Below the pieces are notes generated by a model. It saw only the letters and a list, made by a program, of their open reading frames with translations, ran no database searches and had not been told where the DNA came from. DNA of 54,613 nt, the filler included, from Jimgerdemannia flammicorona (lineage: Eukaryota), in NCBI GenBank assembly GCA_003990765.1. It is 2 parts of 2 records of this genome, joined end to end, with 100 filler letters (N's around TTAATTAATTAA, not from the genome) between each part and the next. Parts side by side here need not be neighbours in the genome. Positions count along the whole stretch, not along the records: positions 1 to 27,268 come from RBNJ01000646.1; 1 more part is not named here. One strand, 5' to 3'. Both the position numbers and the translations under genes were made by a program. Positions 1-13,321 of the stretch are shown piece by piece; the first letter of the stretch is position 1; each line of letters begins with the position of its first letter.

Positions 1-3000
1 GTAGTTAGAAGGAGAGTGGCTGGGGGTTGGGGGGGGGGGAAGGAAGCTCGGGTATCAAAAATAGTTAAAAGCTACGAGAAGTGTTGTGTATATATGTGTG
101 GTATTACAAGTGTTTGTCAACGGAAGTTGAAAGTGCGGTGTGTGGACACGGTTCAGGTGTGAGCTGTCATCTGCAACGGCGAAGTGATTCTCTCCTCGGG
201 GGGGAGAGGAAGAGGGGGTGTTGTTTGTTGGTGGTACAGTGTCAAAGTGCGCGAGGGGTGGAGGGGTGGGCAAGGCGTGGCGCCAATAAAGAGGGATAAA
301 AAAATATATTGAGCGGTCGTTTAGGATGAAAGGGCACTAGCAGCAGACACTCTTGTATTGTTATTGTTGAAAATCGTCGGCAGGGTCAGTTGCGTGGAAA
401 GGATAATCGCCGTGCGTGCGCAGGACAATAAAAAGGTGGTCACATACAATAATTTGGGTCAAGTATCTTCGTATTCTCAGCCCACCCACCCACACACAAT
501 ACCCACCACCACCCCCCAAAAGAATATAATGAAAACCGATGAGCAAAAAATCAAGGTTCAGCGAGCCATAATCAACAAACAGCTTTCAGCAGAAACGAAT
601 CTTTTTTGCGGCTCACCATTGGCCATCCCTGACACAGAAGTCTCTCGGTCCAGCAAAAAACCCAACCTGTCATCCAATCATCCACAAGCGTCATGCCTTC
701 CGCTTTTAAAATATCTATGCTACTGAGTCGGTCATGTGTAACACATGTGCGAACGCAACACCTAGCTTTGTGAAATTGGCCGCTCCGTGCAATCAAAAAA
801 CCCCTCACCCTACCCGACATGCAATCCTCCCCCGTCAACAAACTGTTGTGCCAACCTCACATGAAACAAAATAAGCATGTCAATCCGGACAAAGTGAGAC
901 AAAGGAAATCTTGCCTCGAACTGCTCGGTTCTTTGCAATTTAAAGATCATCCTTCGTCATGTGCCCGTCTCCGAAATTTTTAATGCTCCTGTGATCGCTA
1001 TGTACGTCGATGCTTTCGTCCAGCAAGTCTAACACTGACCGATAAGAAGGTACACCGACTTGACATCATCACAGGGAAAAAAAAAAAAAAAAAAAGTTCG
1101 CAAATAAATGCGCCCGTGGAAACAACGAAAGAGAAATCGCATGCTTGCCTGAGGCAGGGCGAACTTACACAATACCGCCCATGCTTAGAAGCAAGGGCAC
1201 GTTAGCAATTCTGCACGAATTTTCCACAGCCGCGGCTCAGCTACACCAGAATCCTTTTTTTATTAATCTATACGGCATCAATACGAGCCGTCATTGGCAG
1301 GGTTCCCAGAAAGGTAGGGCTTCCCAGCCGCAAGGTAATCGTTCCAAGCGTTCGGAGATTGACATCATCAAATCGCGCTATTCCTACCAAGTAAAACTTT
1401 GGTCGCAATCACGGCACACAAAATGTCATCCATTGTGGTGTCGCCCGTGTGACGGCAGATGAAACAATGAAACAAGGAAACCCCGCATTAGGCTGTTCCG
1501 TTTGCATTGTTTGGGCCGCGAACCGGCTATTGATGTATTTGTGGCAGGCCAGATATTCGTACCTGCTTGACGTGAGGCAAGGAATGCATCGTGGCAGCCC
1601 GCCGATTGCGTGCACCCCTCTCGACATGGCAAACCGATGATCGCGTCGTGACTCGAGATGATGCATGAGTGGCTTGTCCGATCCAATGAGCTGGGATGCC
1701 AAACTCCGCTCCGCTAGCTTGCTTTCGGCCATGACTTACGTCGACCTCCAGTAAACCGGCCGGTGGGGGTCAGCAACGATAATTTGACATCTCAGCGTCT
1801 CCATAAATGAACGGCGTCGACTTGCACGAGAAATCTGCGCGATTGCTTCTCCGCATTATGCGATTAGAAACCGTGTTGCTCCGCAATGTCTTACAATCTC
1901 ACTCCGAAAAAAAAAAAAAATCCTGTCGCAAATCCATCCAGCGTCTTGCACAATCATCGCACATACGACCAGAACCAGAAATAATACCCCAACCATCTCG
2001 CGTCATCTCTCTTCCAAACCAGTCTAGCTGACCTTGGGAGCTCGAATTTCCGACCGGATCCTTCCGCGAACTACGTCACACCCACCCTGCCATAACCCCT
2101 TTTCTCCCCGCGACCTATTGGTAAGAAGGTTAGAGCTCTTCGCGACAATTTTCGCCGCCGCCTCCAAAACAGGTCCGTTTGGTTAGGGCTGTCGCAAAAT
2201 GTTGGCACGGACCTGATTATTGGGATCGGCACGAACGACGCGGAGCGCCACGTCTCGCCACCACGACGATCGGTCAAGATGATTTGTCATGTCAGAAACG
2301 GACATAGAGGGGATTGTGTAAGCAAGGGGAGTTCCAGGACGCTGTGGCGCGAGGGACAACGTCCCTCCCTCGCGCACAGAGAGCGGCCGGGGGGGGGGGT
2401 CACAAGTCAGGGCTATTGGGAATCTCCGTGCTCAAATAGGGGGTGTTACCGGCACGGACGTGTTCCGACAACTCAAAAAGTGAGAAATGCCATCGTGGCG
2501 TTGAGATCGGTGTCAACAATGATGCGGACTTTGTGCTGCTCCCGATTCATCATGTCGCTGACAGCTTGCTGTCAAAGAACAATAATTTTGTTTCAACTAC
2601 ATAGGTGGAATTCTTACGAGATCTACGAATACACTCCATATTATACGGTTTTGATGACTCGTTGCTTTTGGTAATTGGCATGTGCGCGCACCAAGATTGA
2701 CTTGACACAATGAAGTCATTTTGACTCTTGCTTTCCTACCCTTGTTGTACATGTATCGGTGATTTTTGAACCTTTTGTTTTTTTTCCGGCGTTATCGCCA
2801 AAGTTGACCAGTAAGTATATATCTTTTGCGATAATTATTCCAATGGATAAGTGTTTTTCGATCGAATTGGAAAAAAGGCTTGGGTACAAATCGGTTTTAG
2901 ATTATGTTGCATTGCATGATATAGTTTGACATAACATTATTTTTAATTCGTTTTCGGGAGTCTGGGCTTTTTTTTTTTTTTTTATGGTTTTGTTTGTTTT

Positions 3001-4080
3001 TTTTTCTTCCTCTTTTTTTTTTTTTTTTTTTTTCTTTGGTCGTATACACATGACTATCTCGTGTAGTGCAGAGAAACGCATAAAATTTCAAAAATTTCAA
3101 AGACAGCGCTCTACATCTGACGAAAGGCTCATCCAAGAGAAAATAACGCTCCTAATGTCTGGCCTTTTTTTGTCTTCATTTTATTCGTCCAACCAAACAC
3201 TCCTTGATAATGTCAGCTCGAAAAGATGGCAACTGATCGTTCGGTTATGATGAAGTTAGTTTGACGCAGAAATGCGTTTTGCTCATAACGGTATCCCCAA
3301 CCGAACCAGATGCTAAGATCACAAACGTTTCTTTGAACCATGCGGTTGGTCCCAAATTTTTTCCCCCCTCTCTGTCAGACGCCTTCTACTGCGGTTGCTG
3401 TTTGATTGGGTTGAATGGCTGTGGATCACAAGATTCCTTGGCATTGAACGATACTTTCGCGATGCCCAGGCTCAGGGATGCCAAGCTAAAAAAAGGCATT
3501 ACGTCACAAGTATTGTTGGTGACATCGCCCTTCAAGCCTATCGATGACGATGACGCTAATCTGTAGCTAACTCTATAACTCTAAGACTGTAGTTAAGCTG
3601 TTTGACAAAGCTAAAAAAAAGGCCACCCCATCAAGTAAAGTCTGGGGGTTTGGAGGAATATCCTCCGAGTGCATTGTTTATCATCAGGTTGTAAGGTTGT
3701 TAAGAGCCCTTTCTTGAGACGATGGTTCGATGTAGACCCAATTTATAAGAGAACCATGAATGTAATTAATTAGTAGGTAGAGCAGCAAGTATTTTTTAGT
3801 TCCTACTGCAGGATTATGGTTTTAAACAAGGCATTAGAAAATGAGAACAAAGTACAATTATTTTCCTTGTCGTCGCTACTCGTAAGACCCATCCATGACA
3901 AAGCTTTTTGCTCAGTTGCCCGTCGCTCCAGAACTGCGATCAGGCTACCAGGTTCAGGGGGCTTGCGTGGCTCGAACATAAATCTTGATGACGTCATTAT
4001 TATTTACATGCAAAGTCACGTCGTCACTACCACTTCGCCTCCACGAACGGGATCGCCTTATTTCGACCCCAACAACCACA

Positions 4081-5313
4081 ATGGCTGACGGCCCTCACAC
4101 TCCTGACGAGCTCGATCATGACCCAATCAACAAGACCCTGAACTCCCTCACTGAGGTCGAGGACCAAATGGACGCTGACCAGCTGGATCAGAGCCACAGC
4201 CACCGCAGGCGCGAAGAAGGTCCCGACGACGACGATCGCCGCTACTCAGAGGACGACCACGACAGGGCAAGGGATTTAAGCAGGGGCAGCGGCGGCGGCG
4301 ACACCAAGTACTACAGGGATGTCTCAATGGAGAGAGATCGGAGCCAGGAACGTCGACCCCGCAGCCACTCACCCCACACTCCTCCTCTGCCCGGCTCGAC
4401 CCTCTCCAACGATCCCTCTGCCGCCTACGACCGCCGCGATTCAGTCACAGGCCGCGGTCGCTCGCGCTCCCCCGTTGAGCGGCGCGACCGCGACCGTTCC
4501 CGGTCTAGGTCGCCGCGTCCGAGGGATCGCGATCGCGACCGGGAGAGGGATAAGGAGGGTGACCGCGAACGCCGTTCGTCTAGATCTCGTTCTAGACCGC
4601 GTATCTTTGTGCCGCGTTACGTGCCGGGAGTGAGTGCCGGGGCCCCCCCGGGAGCAGGGAGATCGTCGCCTAGAGATTGCAGGGTTTATGTCGGCAATCT
4701 GCCCTACGAGGTCAGGTGGCATCAACTGAAGGATTTCATGAGGGAAGGTCTGTATCTGCCGTATTGAGGAGCACATAGGTTTTACAGGGCAGCCAGCGTG
4801 GCTTATCAGGGGGTCATGCTAGACTTTTAACTGCTTTGATGTCGTTCTAATACTCTCATAAAAGCTGGCGACGTGGTTTTCGCTGATATCTTGGTTCAAC
4901 AAAATGGCATGTCGAAGGGATGTGGGTGAGTAACAGTAAATCCTCTACATTCTGTGGGGTTTCTATGTATTTCTTGTTGAGTTCCTCTCTGATTTTTCAT
5001 TTATTCAACACCAGCGTTGTGGAATATCGTACTCCGGAAGACGCCCAACGCGCCATTCGCAAGCTCAACGACACCACCTTCATGGGCAGACCAGTCTTCA
5101 TTCGGGAGGTGTGGGAAAATAATCGGACATCAACATGGCCAGCCTACAAATGTTGAGTTTTGCCTATTGTAGTAATGTTATGCTTATTCTCGGCTATTCT
5201 CATTTTGGAAATATTTTCAAAGGATCGCGAACCCGAGGCTAAATTTGGCGGTGTCGCGGCGGCAGCCCGCCCTACGGCCGGCCGTCAGGTCTACGTCGGA
5301 AATGTAAAATGAT

Positions 5314-5346
<33 letters not shown>

Positions 5347-7415
5347 CCTTTTTCCTTTTCCCTTGCGAATGGTTTGTCCTCTTATTTTTTGTATCCTGAC
5401 GTCTACACTGGCCTTTTCTGCATGGAAAAGTTGCCATACGCTGTCGGTTGGCAAGAGCTAAAAGACATGTTCAGGAGTGCAGGTGCGTTGCATTTTACCT
5501 TGCCCTCTAATCTACTAGCCGGTAATTAACAACCTTGCTTCATCGTGATTTAGCTCATTCCCACATTTCCACCGTCATCTCTCCACCCAGGCTCGGTCGT
5601 CAGGGCGGATGTTCTTCTAGACTACACCCGTCGCTCGAAGGGATCAGGGACCGTGCTGTTCGAAACTTCGCAGGAGGCTATGAACGCGATCTGTACGTAA
5701 TATGGTTGCGAGTGAGGATGATGATGATGAGTTGTGGCCGGGATAGGTTTGCTCGGCTGGGGTTGTTGGTTGGTTGGTTGGTTGGTATGTTGTGGCTGGT
5801 TGTGGGCAATTGGTACACGACATCGAGCGGGAGAGGTGGGGCATTGACGGTCACGCTGGAGGCGATGGTCGTTGGTGTTGTTGATAGGTGTATGCTTGCT
5901 AAAATGTCGGCCTCTACCTTTGGACGGTTCCCCCCTCCCTTCCTGTTGCTTTCCTCTGCAGCGATGTACGACGGGTATGAGTGGAATGGTCGCAGGATCG
6001 AAGTTCGTGAGGTGGGGTAACACAGCAGCGCTCTGTGACGTTTGCTTGGATTTGCTATTGGTGGGATCGGTTTTTGCAAGTCTTTCTCTGTACCTATCCG
6101 CTCATAGCCAGATGTAGATAGTTGTGGATGGTGGTGTGCGTCCGAGCCGTGTCGGTAATAGGCGGATACGCTCGGGAGCCAGCATGCCGAACTGAGTTGG
6201 CCGTCGGGTTGTGGGGATGTCATTGGAGGAATCCGCGACGTTGTCTGTGGGCCATGATTCAAACCCGCTTTACCCCTCCCCATCAACATACAACATAACC
6301 TCTCATGCAGGATCGGTTTGCAGGCACGGCGGGTGGTCCATCGGGGCCGCCCCGGCACTCCTTCGGTGGTGGTCGTGGAGGATGGTCGTCGGGTCGCGGC
6401 GGAGGTCCAGGACCGGGAGGATTTGGCGGTCACTCTTCGTTTGGTGGGCCGGCTCATGGCGGCGCCGGGCAGTTTGGCGGATCAGGATCGGGTGCGTCGG
6501 GTGGCTATTATCGTCATGGTGGTGGTGGTGGTCGTGTTGGTGGGGTGGGTGGTGGAGGCTACGGCGGGGCTGGGATCGGTGGTGCTGGAGGGGCGGGCGC
6601 GCCGTTTGGCTATGGTTCTGTGGGCAGGCTGGGTGGTGAGGTTGCGGGTCGCGCAGTAGATGTGGATGAGGATGTGGGCGTCGATCCTGACTCTTATAAT
6701 CACGACGGGGGTGACGCATTGTATGGCGGTGTAGGACGTTCTGGCATGATGGATTACAGCGGCGGCGCTGCCGGTGGTTACAATACTGGCGGGTACGGGT
6801 CTGGCCAGTATGGACAGCAGGTGGCCGGTTATGACGCGACGCCCACGGCGTCGGGATACGGATATAGCGGTCCCATGGTTCAGGCTGGCGGCGCTAGTGG
6901 GGAGGTGGCCGGATCGCAGATATTTGTTAACAATGTAAGATTCGATTCGTGTCATGGTTTTGTCCTGGGGTTACAAACTTTCATTACTGACGGTATCAAT
7001 TGCCTCATCAGCTACCCTTCACGACCACCTGGCAAGACTTGATCGACTTGTTCCGCAGCTGTGGTATGTGTTTCAGCCACGTTTGCTTCGATTGTTTCTT
7101 TGCACATTTGTACGAAAACTTGATTTTCATCTTGATACACATGTGGTAGGCAATATCATTCGAGCCGAAATCTTGGAACAGAATGGCCGCCCAAAAGGAT
7201 CCGGAGTGGTGCGGTTCGACACGTTCGACGGTGCGGAGCGTGCAGTGAGTGAGTATCGGACCGGGTTGGCTGTAGGTGGCGTTGTTTATTCTGTTCGGCT
7301 TTTGGTAGAGCTATTTAATTTATTTTTATTTTATTTTATTTTTATAGCGAAATTCAATGGGTATCTTTATGGTGGGCGTAACCTTGATGTGCACTTTGAT
7401 CGTTATGCGACGTAA
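4081..7415 (+). CDS. Gbp2/Hrb1-like SR-type mRNA-binding protein (RS region, three RRMs, Gly/Tyr-rich linker); multi-exon
   Basis: RS/RD dipeptides, then RRM1 (RVYVGNLPYEVRWHQLKDFMR..SKGCGVVEY), RRM2 (QVYVGN-LPYAVGWQELKDMFR..SKGSGTVLF) and RRM3 (QIFVNN-LPFTTTWQDLIDLFR..PKGSGVVRF). These join through GT-AG introns (e.g. 4748-4864, 4926-5014, 5304-5430). Stop TAA at 7413-7415. Confidence 0.88.
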
Positions 7416-7675
7416 AAGGGCGTGAGTTAAGAGTGCACACGGTAGACAGAATGGAAACGGCCATTGAACGGTCCAGTATTGATACAGTCCCGCAAATAGT
7501 GTGTTTTTTTTTTTTTTTCTTTTTTTTTTTCTCTTTTTTCTTTTAAAAAGTACATAGTGGGCTTGTATAGGTCAAAAAGAATAAAAAAGTGGAAATTGAT
7601 CAGATAACCACATAAAACAGCCTACTGTTGTCCTCTTCTCCTTTGATCCCTCTCAGCACAGACAAAACAAATATA

Positions 7676-9187
7676 ATGCCGCAACCTCCTCCTATGAAAT
7701 TCCTCGACTCCATGGTTCGGCCCAACGGCCTCAGAGTTCGACCGACCTTCACAACCGCCTCCCCTCCTCCCGCATCGGCACAACTGAACAATTCCGCGTC
7801 CGACCGTAGCATGGACGCCACCAATGACGACACCGCGTGCAGCGCTCCGACCACCAGGAAATCCCTGCGTCTCAACAAAAAGCGCCAGCGCGGCGGTGGC
7901 CAGTACGATCCCGAAGATGCGGATAAACGCTCCTCTGACGGTGACGCCAACCGTACCAAGCGCAACTATAACCGCGACTCGGAGGGTGGCGACGCGACCG
8001 CGCCCTTCGCCCAGTACGCGTACAAGGACCCCACGTCGTGCTCGCCGGGATCCGGATTCGAAATGGACGACAGGTCGCAGACAGAAACGGCGGGTGGAGT
8101 GACCGAAGAGCTGTATAGCCTTGGGAGCGACGAGACACAGTCGGAGGGACCGGAGGTAGGGGGGCCGGAGGTCAAGAAGGGAGGGACGGTTGGTGGGTTA
8201 ATGAACGAGGATGAGAACATGTATGGACAGGGCCGCGGGGAGGAGGGGTCGGAGGCGGGCGGGTTGGATGAGGTGATCTCCGAAGTCGCTAGCTTGGTGG
8301 AGGAGTATCATGTCAGTAAGGGACGACGAGATTTTGCTGGCGGTATGTTCGTGACGAACGGACAAACATACTTGGTAGGCGTAATGCTCACCAATTATTC
8401 ACTCGTCGACAGGGTGAATACAGAAGTGCCCGTTTCGAATTGGCCGATGACGCCATGAGCGACGACAGCACCATCCACTCCCTCGACATCGACAAGCAGA
8501 TAACCCTGTTCCAGGACGCATACCAGACCTCGACCACGGCGCACCAGAATTCGTCGCAGGACCGGCACAAGCAGCACCCTTACGAGCAGTGCCCTCCGCC
8601 TCAACAGACGCACCTCGATGGGTATTGCCAGCAGCACGAGTACGACGCTCAGGGACATCGATGCGAGGGGGAGGGGGAGGAGGAGGAGGAGGGCGAGAAG
8701 AAGCCGGCGAGGGAGCGGTTGGATGCAAAGAAGGTTGAAGCTCGGCTGAAAGGTTTGTTGGTGAGGGATGGATGCTTAAATATGCAAGGTCGGTGTAGTT
8801 GTTTTCTCATATGAGATCGTTATTTGGCTTTAGAATTGCAAGATAATCTGTTGAATGGGATCCAAGACATGGTCAAGATGTTTCGGTATAATTTCTTTGC
8901 TCACGTTCACAACATCAATGCGATCGTATGTTTTCTCGGAACGAATTCCGAGTGTAAAAATGAATTACATGAACTCTTTTTTTCCTGTTTCTTTTTCGCC
9001 TATCAATCTTTCGCATACAACCCGCAACCGAAGATCCACTGAGGTCGTCCACACCGAAATGCTCTTAACCTTCACCTCCCACAGAGCTCAGCTGGAGGAG
9101 CGCGACAGGGTGCTGAAGGACAGGTGGATCGGGTTGCGCGGCGCGGCAGCCGAGCTGACACAAAAGACGATGACAGATTTGATGTGA
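7676..9187 (+). CDS. Hypothetical protein: low-complexity acidic N-terminus, predicted helical/coiled-coil C-terminus; about 4 exons
   Basis: Long GC-rich open frames 7676-~8310 and ~8413-8750, joined by plausible GT-AG introns to exons ELQDNLLNGIQDMVKMFR and AQLEERDRVLKDRW...DLM*. Confidence 0.6.
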
Positions 9188-9503
9188 TGGCGCGGATGCA
9201 GCTTGTGGCGGGTGCTGGTAGCGTGGTTTGGATGGGTAGATGGGCGTCTGATATGTGATATTGGGAAGGTCGGTTGGATTGCGATATTTTCTTACATTTT
9301 CCCTCTCGCATGATATTTGCGGCATTCTTGCACAATGATTTTGCATAGCATACACAATCATTATATATTTGTATACGAACATACGCAGAAACTTGTCGTT
9401 CAATTAACTGGAGGCCTAAAGGCTCTGGCGTTGTTTGGAATCGCTGGGCAAAAGATGGTTTGGATGAAGTCAAGCAGACGTGCAGAAGGGTTTTGAGGCA
9501 AGA

Positions 9504-9535
<32 letters not shown>

Positions 9536-10036
9536 CTTCGTTGTCGCCATGACAGGAAGACAGTGTGAAAGGCCCTGTAGAAGGAGAAACATCCATGGCT
9601 ACGGCAGGGGCGAGCAACCTGCTTTACGGTCACTTCATTGAGGAGTACATACTCACACAACTACGGCAGGGACGATCAAATGATCCCGTCGTATTTCTTG
9701 TAGCATTGTATCAGGGGTACAAAAAGAGATATAAGGATGTCAATGTCCTGGCACCAAATTGAATAGGAGACGGGCTTCCGACTGTGTCTTTAATACATAC
9801 AGATGACAGCACTTGCAGGTTCATACAGAAAGCGGATACAGTAATTGTCAATGTCTGATAAAATTATAAAATTGAGCAAGACAAAGAAAATTTGTTTGTT
9901 GCTGACGTCATGTTTTTATTGCAAGCATGCGTCAGGTGTGTGACTGGGCATGACGGCTCCACGTGCACACAATACGACACAGTTCTATTTCTTTCAGCTG
10001 TCCTTTTCCCTTAACATTCGTCAACAAAAACACACA

Positions 10037-12722
10037 ATGGAGGAAACACCTGTTAATGCCGTACGTTCCCAATGAGGATCCTCTATTGTGGCGAACTGGT
10101 CTCCTCTTTATACTAACACATCTACCCATTCACTCGCCCGCCACAGGCACATCACTTCGCCAACATTGCAGAGGAGGCCAAAGAGAATGAGCAATGGGTA
10201 AAGGCCATGGAGTCTCATTTTCGTGCTGCAGGTAAGCGATTGAGAGTTTCTAGAGAGTGGCCAAGGAAATTGAATTGGCCGCGATCCCCGTGCTGGTTTT
10301 GCGCAAACGATGAAGGAGAGTCGGCTGCGACTTTTCGTAGCGGCGGGATCTACAGCCACAGCTTTGGTGTAACGCACACTCGGTTTTGTTGGTTGCCCCA
10401 GAACAATTTTTACTTGCTATGGACTATACATCGGATCCAGAGGTGAGGTATCCCGATTTTTCATCATGTTTGGCGATTATTTTTTCTAAAAGCGCCTCAC
10501 TATCTCCCGTCTCCACAGGCAATCCGAACCCTTAAGCTCCTCCGCTCAAATCACACCCGCCAAGGCAAGGACATCCAACGCCGTCTCGCCAATCAGTCGC
10601 AACAAGCTCGGGCCAACCCTGCCGCGGAACCCACGCGCTCCCAATCCAACCCCTCACCCGCCTCTTCCCCAACATCGCAGCAGACGAACAATCTCTACGA
10701 CCTCGCTAAGTCCGCGGCGGATGACGGCGCCGACGGTATGCAGGGAACGAGAAGGAGGCATTCCGTTGCGGCGTCGTCGAGGTTGCATACGGAGAATTCG
10801 GACGAGTCGACGAGCACGTCGAGGTCATCGAAGATTGATGAGTCGTATATGGTATTGAAGGGGAATTCTAATGACGTGAGTGTGGTGGCGCTTATTTTGC
10901 ACTTTTTATACAGTGGATCTCACGGCATAAGGAGAAGATGGGAATACGAGGCAATCGTACTGCATCGGGGAGAGTGAGATGCAATGCCTCATCCAAAATT
11001 TACTCATCGCCCGCCCTATTTAATATTGCACATACGCCAACTTAGGACGATTCAGACCCGTTCAACAAATTCTGGAATGTGGTCGAAAATCTTGTCCAAA
11101 AACTCTCCAACCCGGCCGTCGCATTCACGACCGTTCCCCTCAATGTTAACGACCCCGCGGCACTATTCGACCCTAGTAATCTCTATGGCCTCGCCAATCC
11201 CATGGCTCCGGCGGCGGCCGTTCCGCAGATTGCGGGGAAACCTGCGGTCCCCGGAAAGGGTGTAATTGGTGGCGGTGACGAGGCTGTAGCACAATCTGAT
11301 GTGGCTGGTATGTTTGGATTTTTTTTATCGGTCGGAGAGATGTGTACTTATACGCCTTCGGCGTCCTGAGTCCCCAAGTCTATTCTCAATGTAGAAAAGG
11401 TCACTGCCGCCATGATGGAATCTTACTATCTCGTGGACGACTATCAGCGAAACTTGGCCGGCAAGAGCGGACTGAAGGCTCCATCGACGGTAACGCAGGC
11501 GAATATATCGGGCTCAAAACGGTCGGGATTGGTGGATACGACTTCGGTGGCAATGTGAGTAGTGTTGTTGTTGTTGTTCTGTCACGACGATGGATGGGAG
11601 TAACTCGTATCGCCATGCTATATAGAATCCCCAATAAGACACTCGAAGAGTACGCAGTAGAAAATCAGCAACTCAAAATGATGGTTGACCAATTGTCGAG
11701 GCGGGTTATGACGCATGAGAAGGTTCCACGTAGCTTTCCTCTTTCGCTTCCTTGTGGATTATGGCATTGATGAAGTATCCATAATCTGATTGGCATTCCT
11801 ATGGTGTCGCTTATAAAACAGTCAGCAGAGGAGGCAAACATTCTTAAGAGCAGTATCATCCAGTTCCGCCATGACGTGCTGCGGATAAAGCAGAGTCAAG
11901 ATCTAATGCGATCGTCCGTCGCCATGGGCCCGAGACATCCAACCACACAGTTTGGGCCGTCGCAGCATCTTGATAGTTCGATCGGTAGGTTGCGCAAGTT
12001 TTTTTTTTTTTTATGGAGAAGGTCGTATACGTATAGGAATGTCAAGGACCTTTATTCCGAGCCCACTATTTATGGTATGTTTTCGTTTCGTAGCTCCAGG
12101 CACGAACCCATTACAGAGAAGGATCAAAGACCTGGAAGACGAAGTGCGGATACTCAGGATGGAGAACGGGAAGCAGCGGGATCTAATGGCCAAGTACAAG
12201 GAGCGGTGGGAGAAGCTCAAAGAGTCTGCCAAGAAACGACGGAGCGAGAAACAGGCTGCGGCTAACGGCGAGGCGGACCCGACATCCACGAAATTACCGG
12301 CGGCAGTGGCAGCGGCAGCGAAACCACCTTTACCTTTACTCCGGTCGGCGACTAGATCCTCTCCGCCAATTCCACCGCCAAAACCCTCCACACGCCCCAT
12401 CTCTTTATCGACCGGTACCGTGCGAACATACTCACCTCCTCCCCTCCCCTACACGCCAGCGACCGCCGACGTCGACGTCGACGTAGACGCGCACGCTATG
12501 TTACCCCCGTTTGCCGCACAGCCAATGGCCACGTCGATGCCCGCACCACCGACGTCGACGTCCCCACCAACGTCCACTAAGATCAGGCTGAAGGATCTAC
12601 AGCACCATGTGGCGACGGAGGATGAGATGTCCAAGGCGTATTCGGCGGGGGTCGTGGTGGTGAGGGGGATGAAGGGTGCAGAGGGGGGGGTGGATGAGGA
12701 AAGGGTGAACGAGGATAAGTAG
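10037..12722 (+). CDS. NRBF2/Atg38-like autophagy PI3K complex I subunit (N-terminal MIT domain, C-terminal coiled coil); multi-exon
   Basis: Spliced N-terminus MEETPVNA-AHHFANIAEEAKENEQWVKAMESHFRAA-EQFLLAMDYTSDPE-AIRTLKLLRSNH resembles the NRBF2 MIT helices (PLNLAH..AA..A..SLELQRDSH). Also DPFNKFW..VENLVQKLSNP.AF and coiled coils KTLEEYAVENQQLK and LEDEVRILRMENGKQ..YKERWEKLKESAKKRR. Confidence 0.72.
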
Positions 12723-13150
12723 ATATGCAGGATGAACGGGACGGACTTTCGGGAATGGATGGGGCCGAGTGTCGGTGTGTTTGTTAATGAGAGCGGGGGA
12801 GAGCATTGGGTGGGGATGATGGGGTAATAATGGAGACAGACCGGGGAGAGACTCGTGGTTTGGGTTATTTTTTTTCCATGGGTGGGTCATGTCTAATCAA
12901 CCGCCGGAAGGTTCCACCAATGTTTTAGCATGCTATATTGACTATAATGGCTGTAGATGATTTCACTATATAAACCTTCTCTCTCTCTACATGTGTTCTT
13001 TTCATTTTTCTCTACTTTTTACAAAATGAAATATTGGGTTTATTATTTTTTTATTAGTACTGTTGTTATTTATCAGATATAAAGTATAATAAATAAATAA
13101 ATAAAATAAGTAAAAAATTAATTTATTTACAAATGATAGATAGGTTATAT

Positions 13151-13184
13151 GGGGCGTGCTGTAACAAAACCAGACAAAGTGAAC
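13151..13184 (+). repeat. Left terminal inverted repeat
   Basis: Reverse complement of 22371-22404 with one C/T difference at a CpG. Confidence 0.9.
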
Positions 13185-13321
13185 GTGTGACGTAATCAAT
13201 TTTTTTGTAATGTTTAACACGTATTCGACGCGCGCCTTGTAGATCATTGCCACCGACCATTCCTCCAATTTCCGCTTGAATCGCATTTCTCTGCCTGTGT
13301 TTTCCTGTTCTCGTGGCTAGG

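Noticed and set aside
3586..3600. ACTGTAGTTAAGCTG resembles a segment of fungal 5S rRNA
   Set aside because: Only about 15 nt match and the flanks do not, so it is likely chance.
1..4080. Short ORFs in the upstream region
   Set aside because: No recognisable domains or consistent exon chain, and many homopolymer tracts. Treated as intergenic/UTR.
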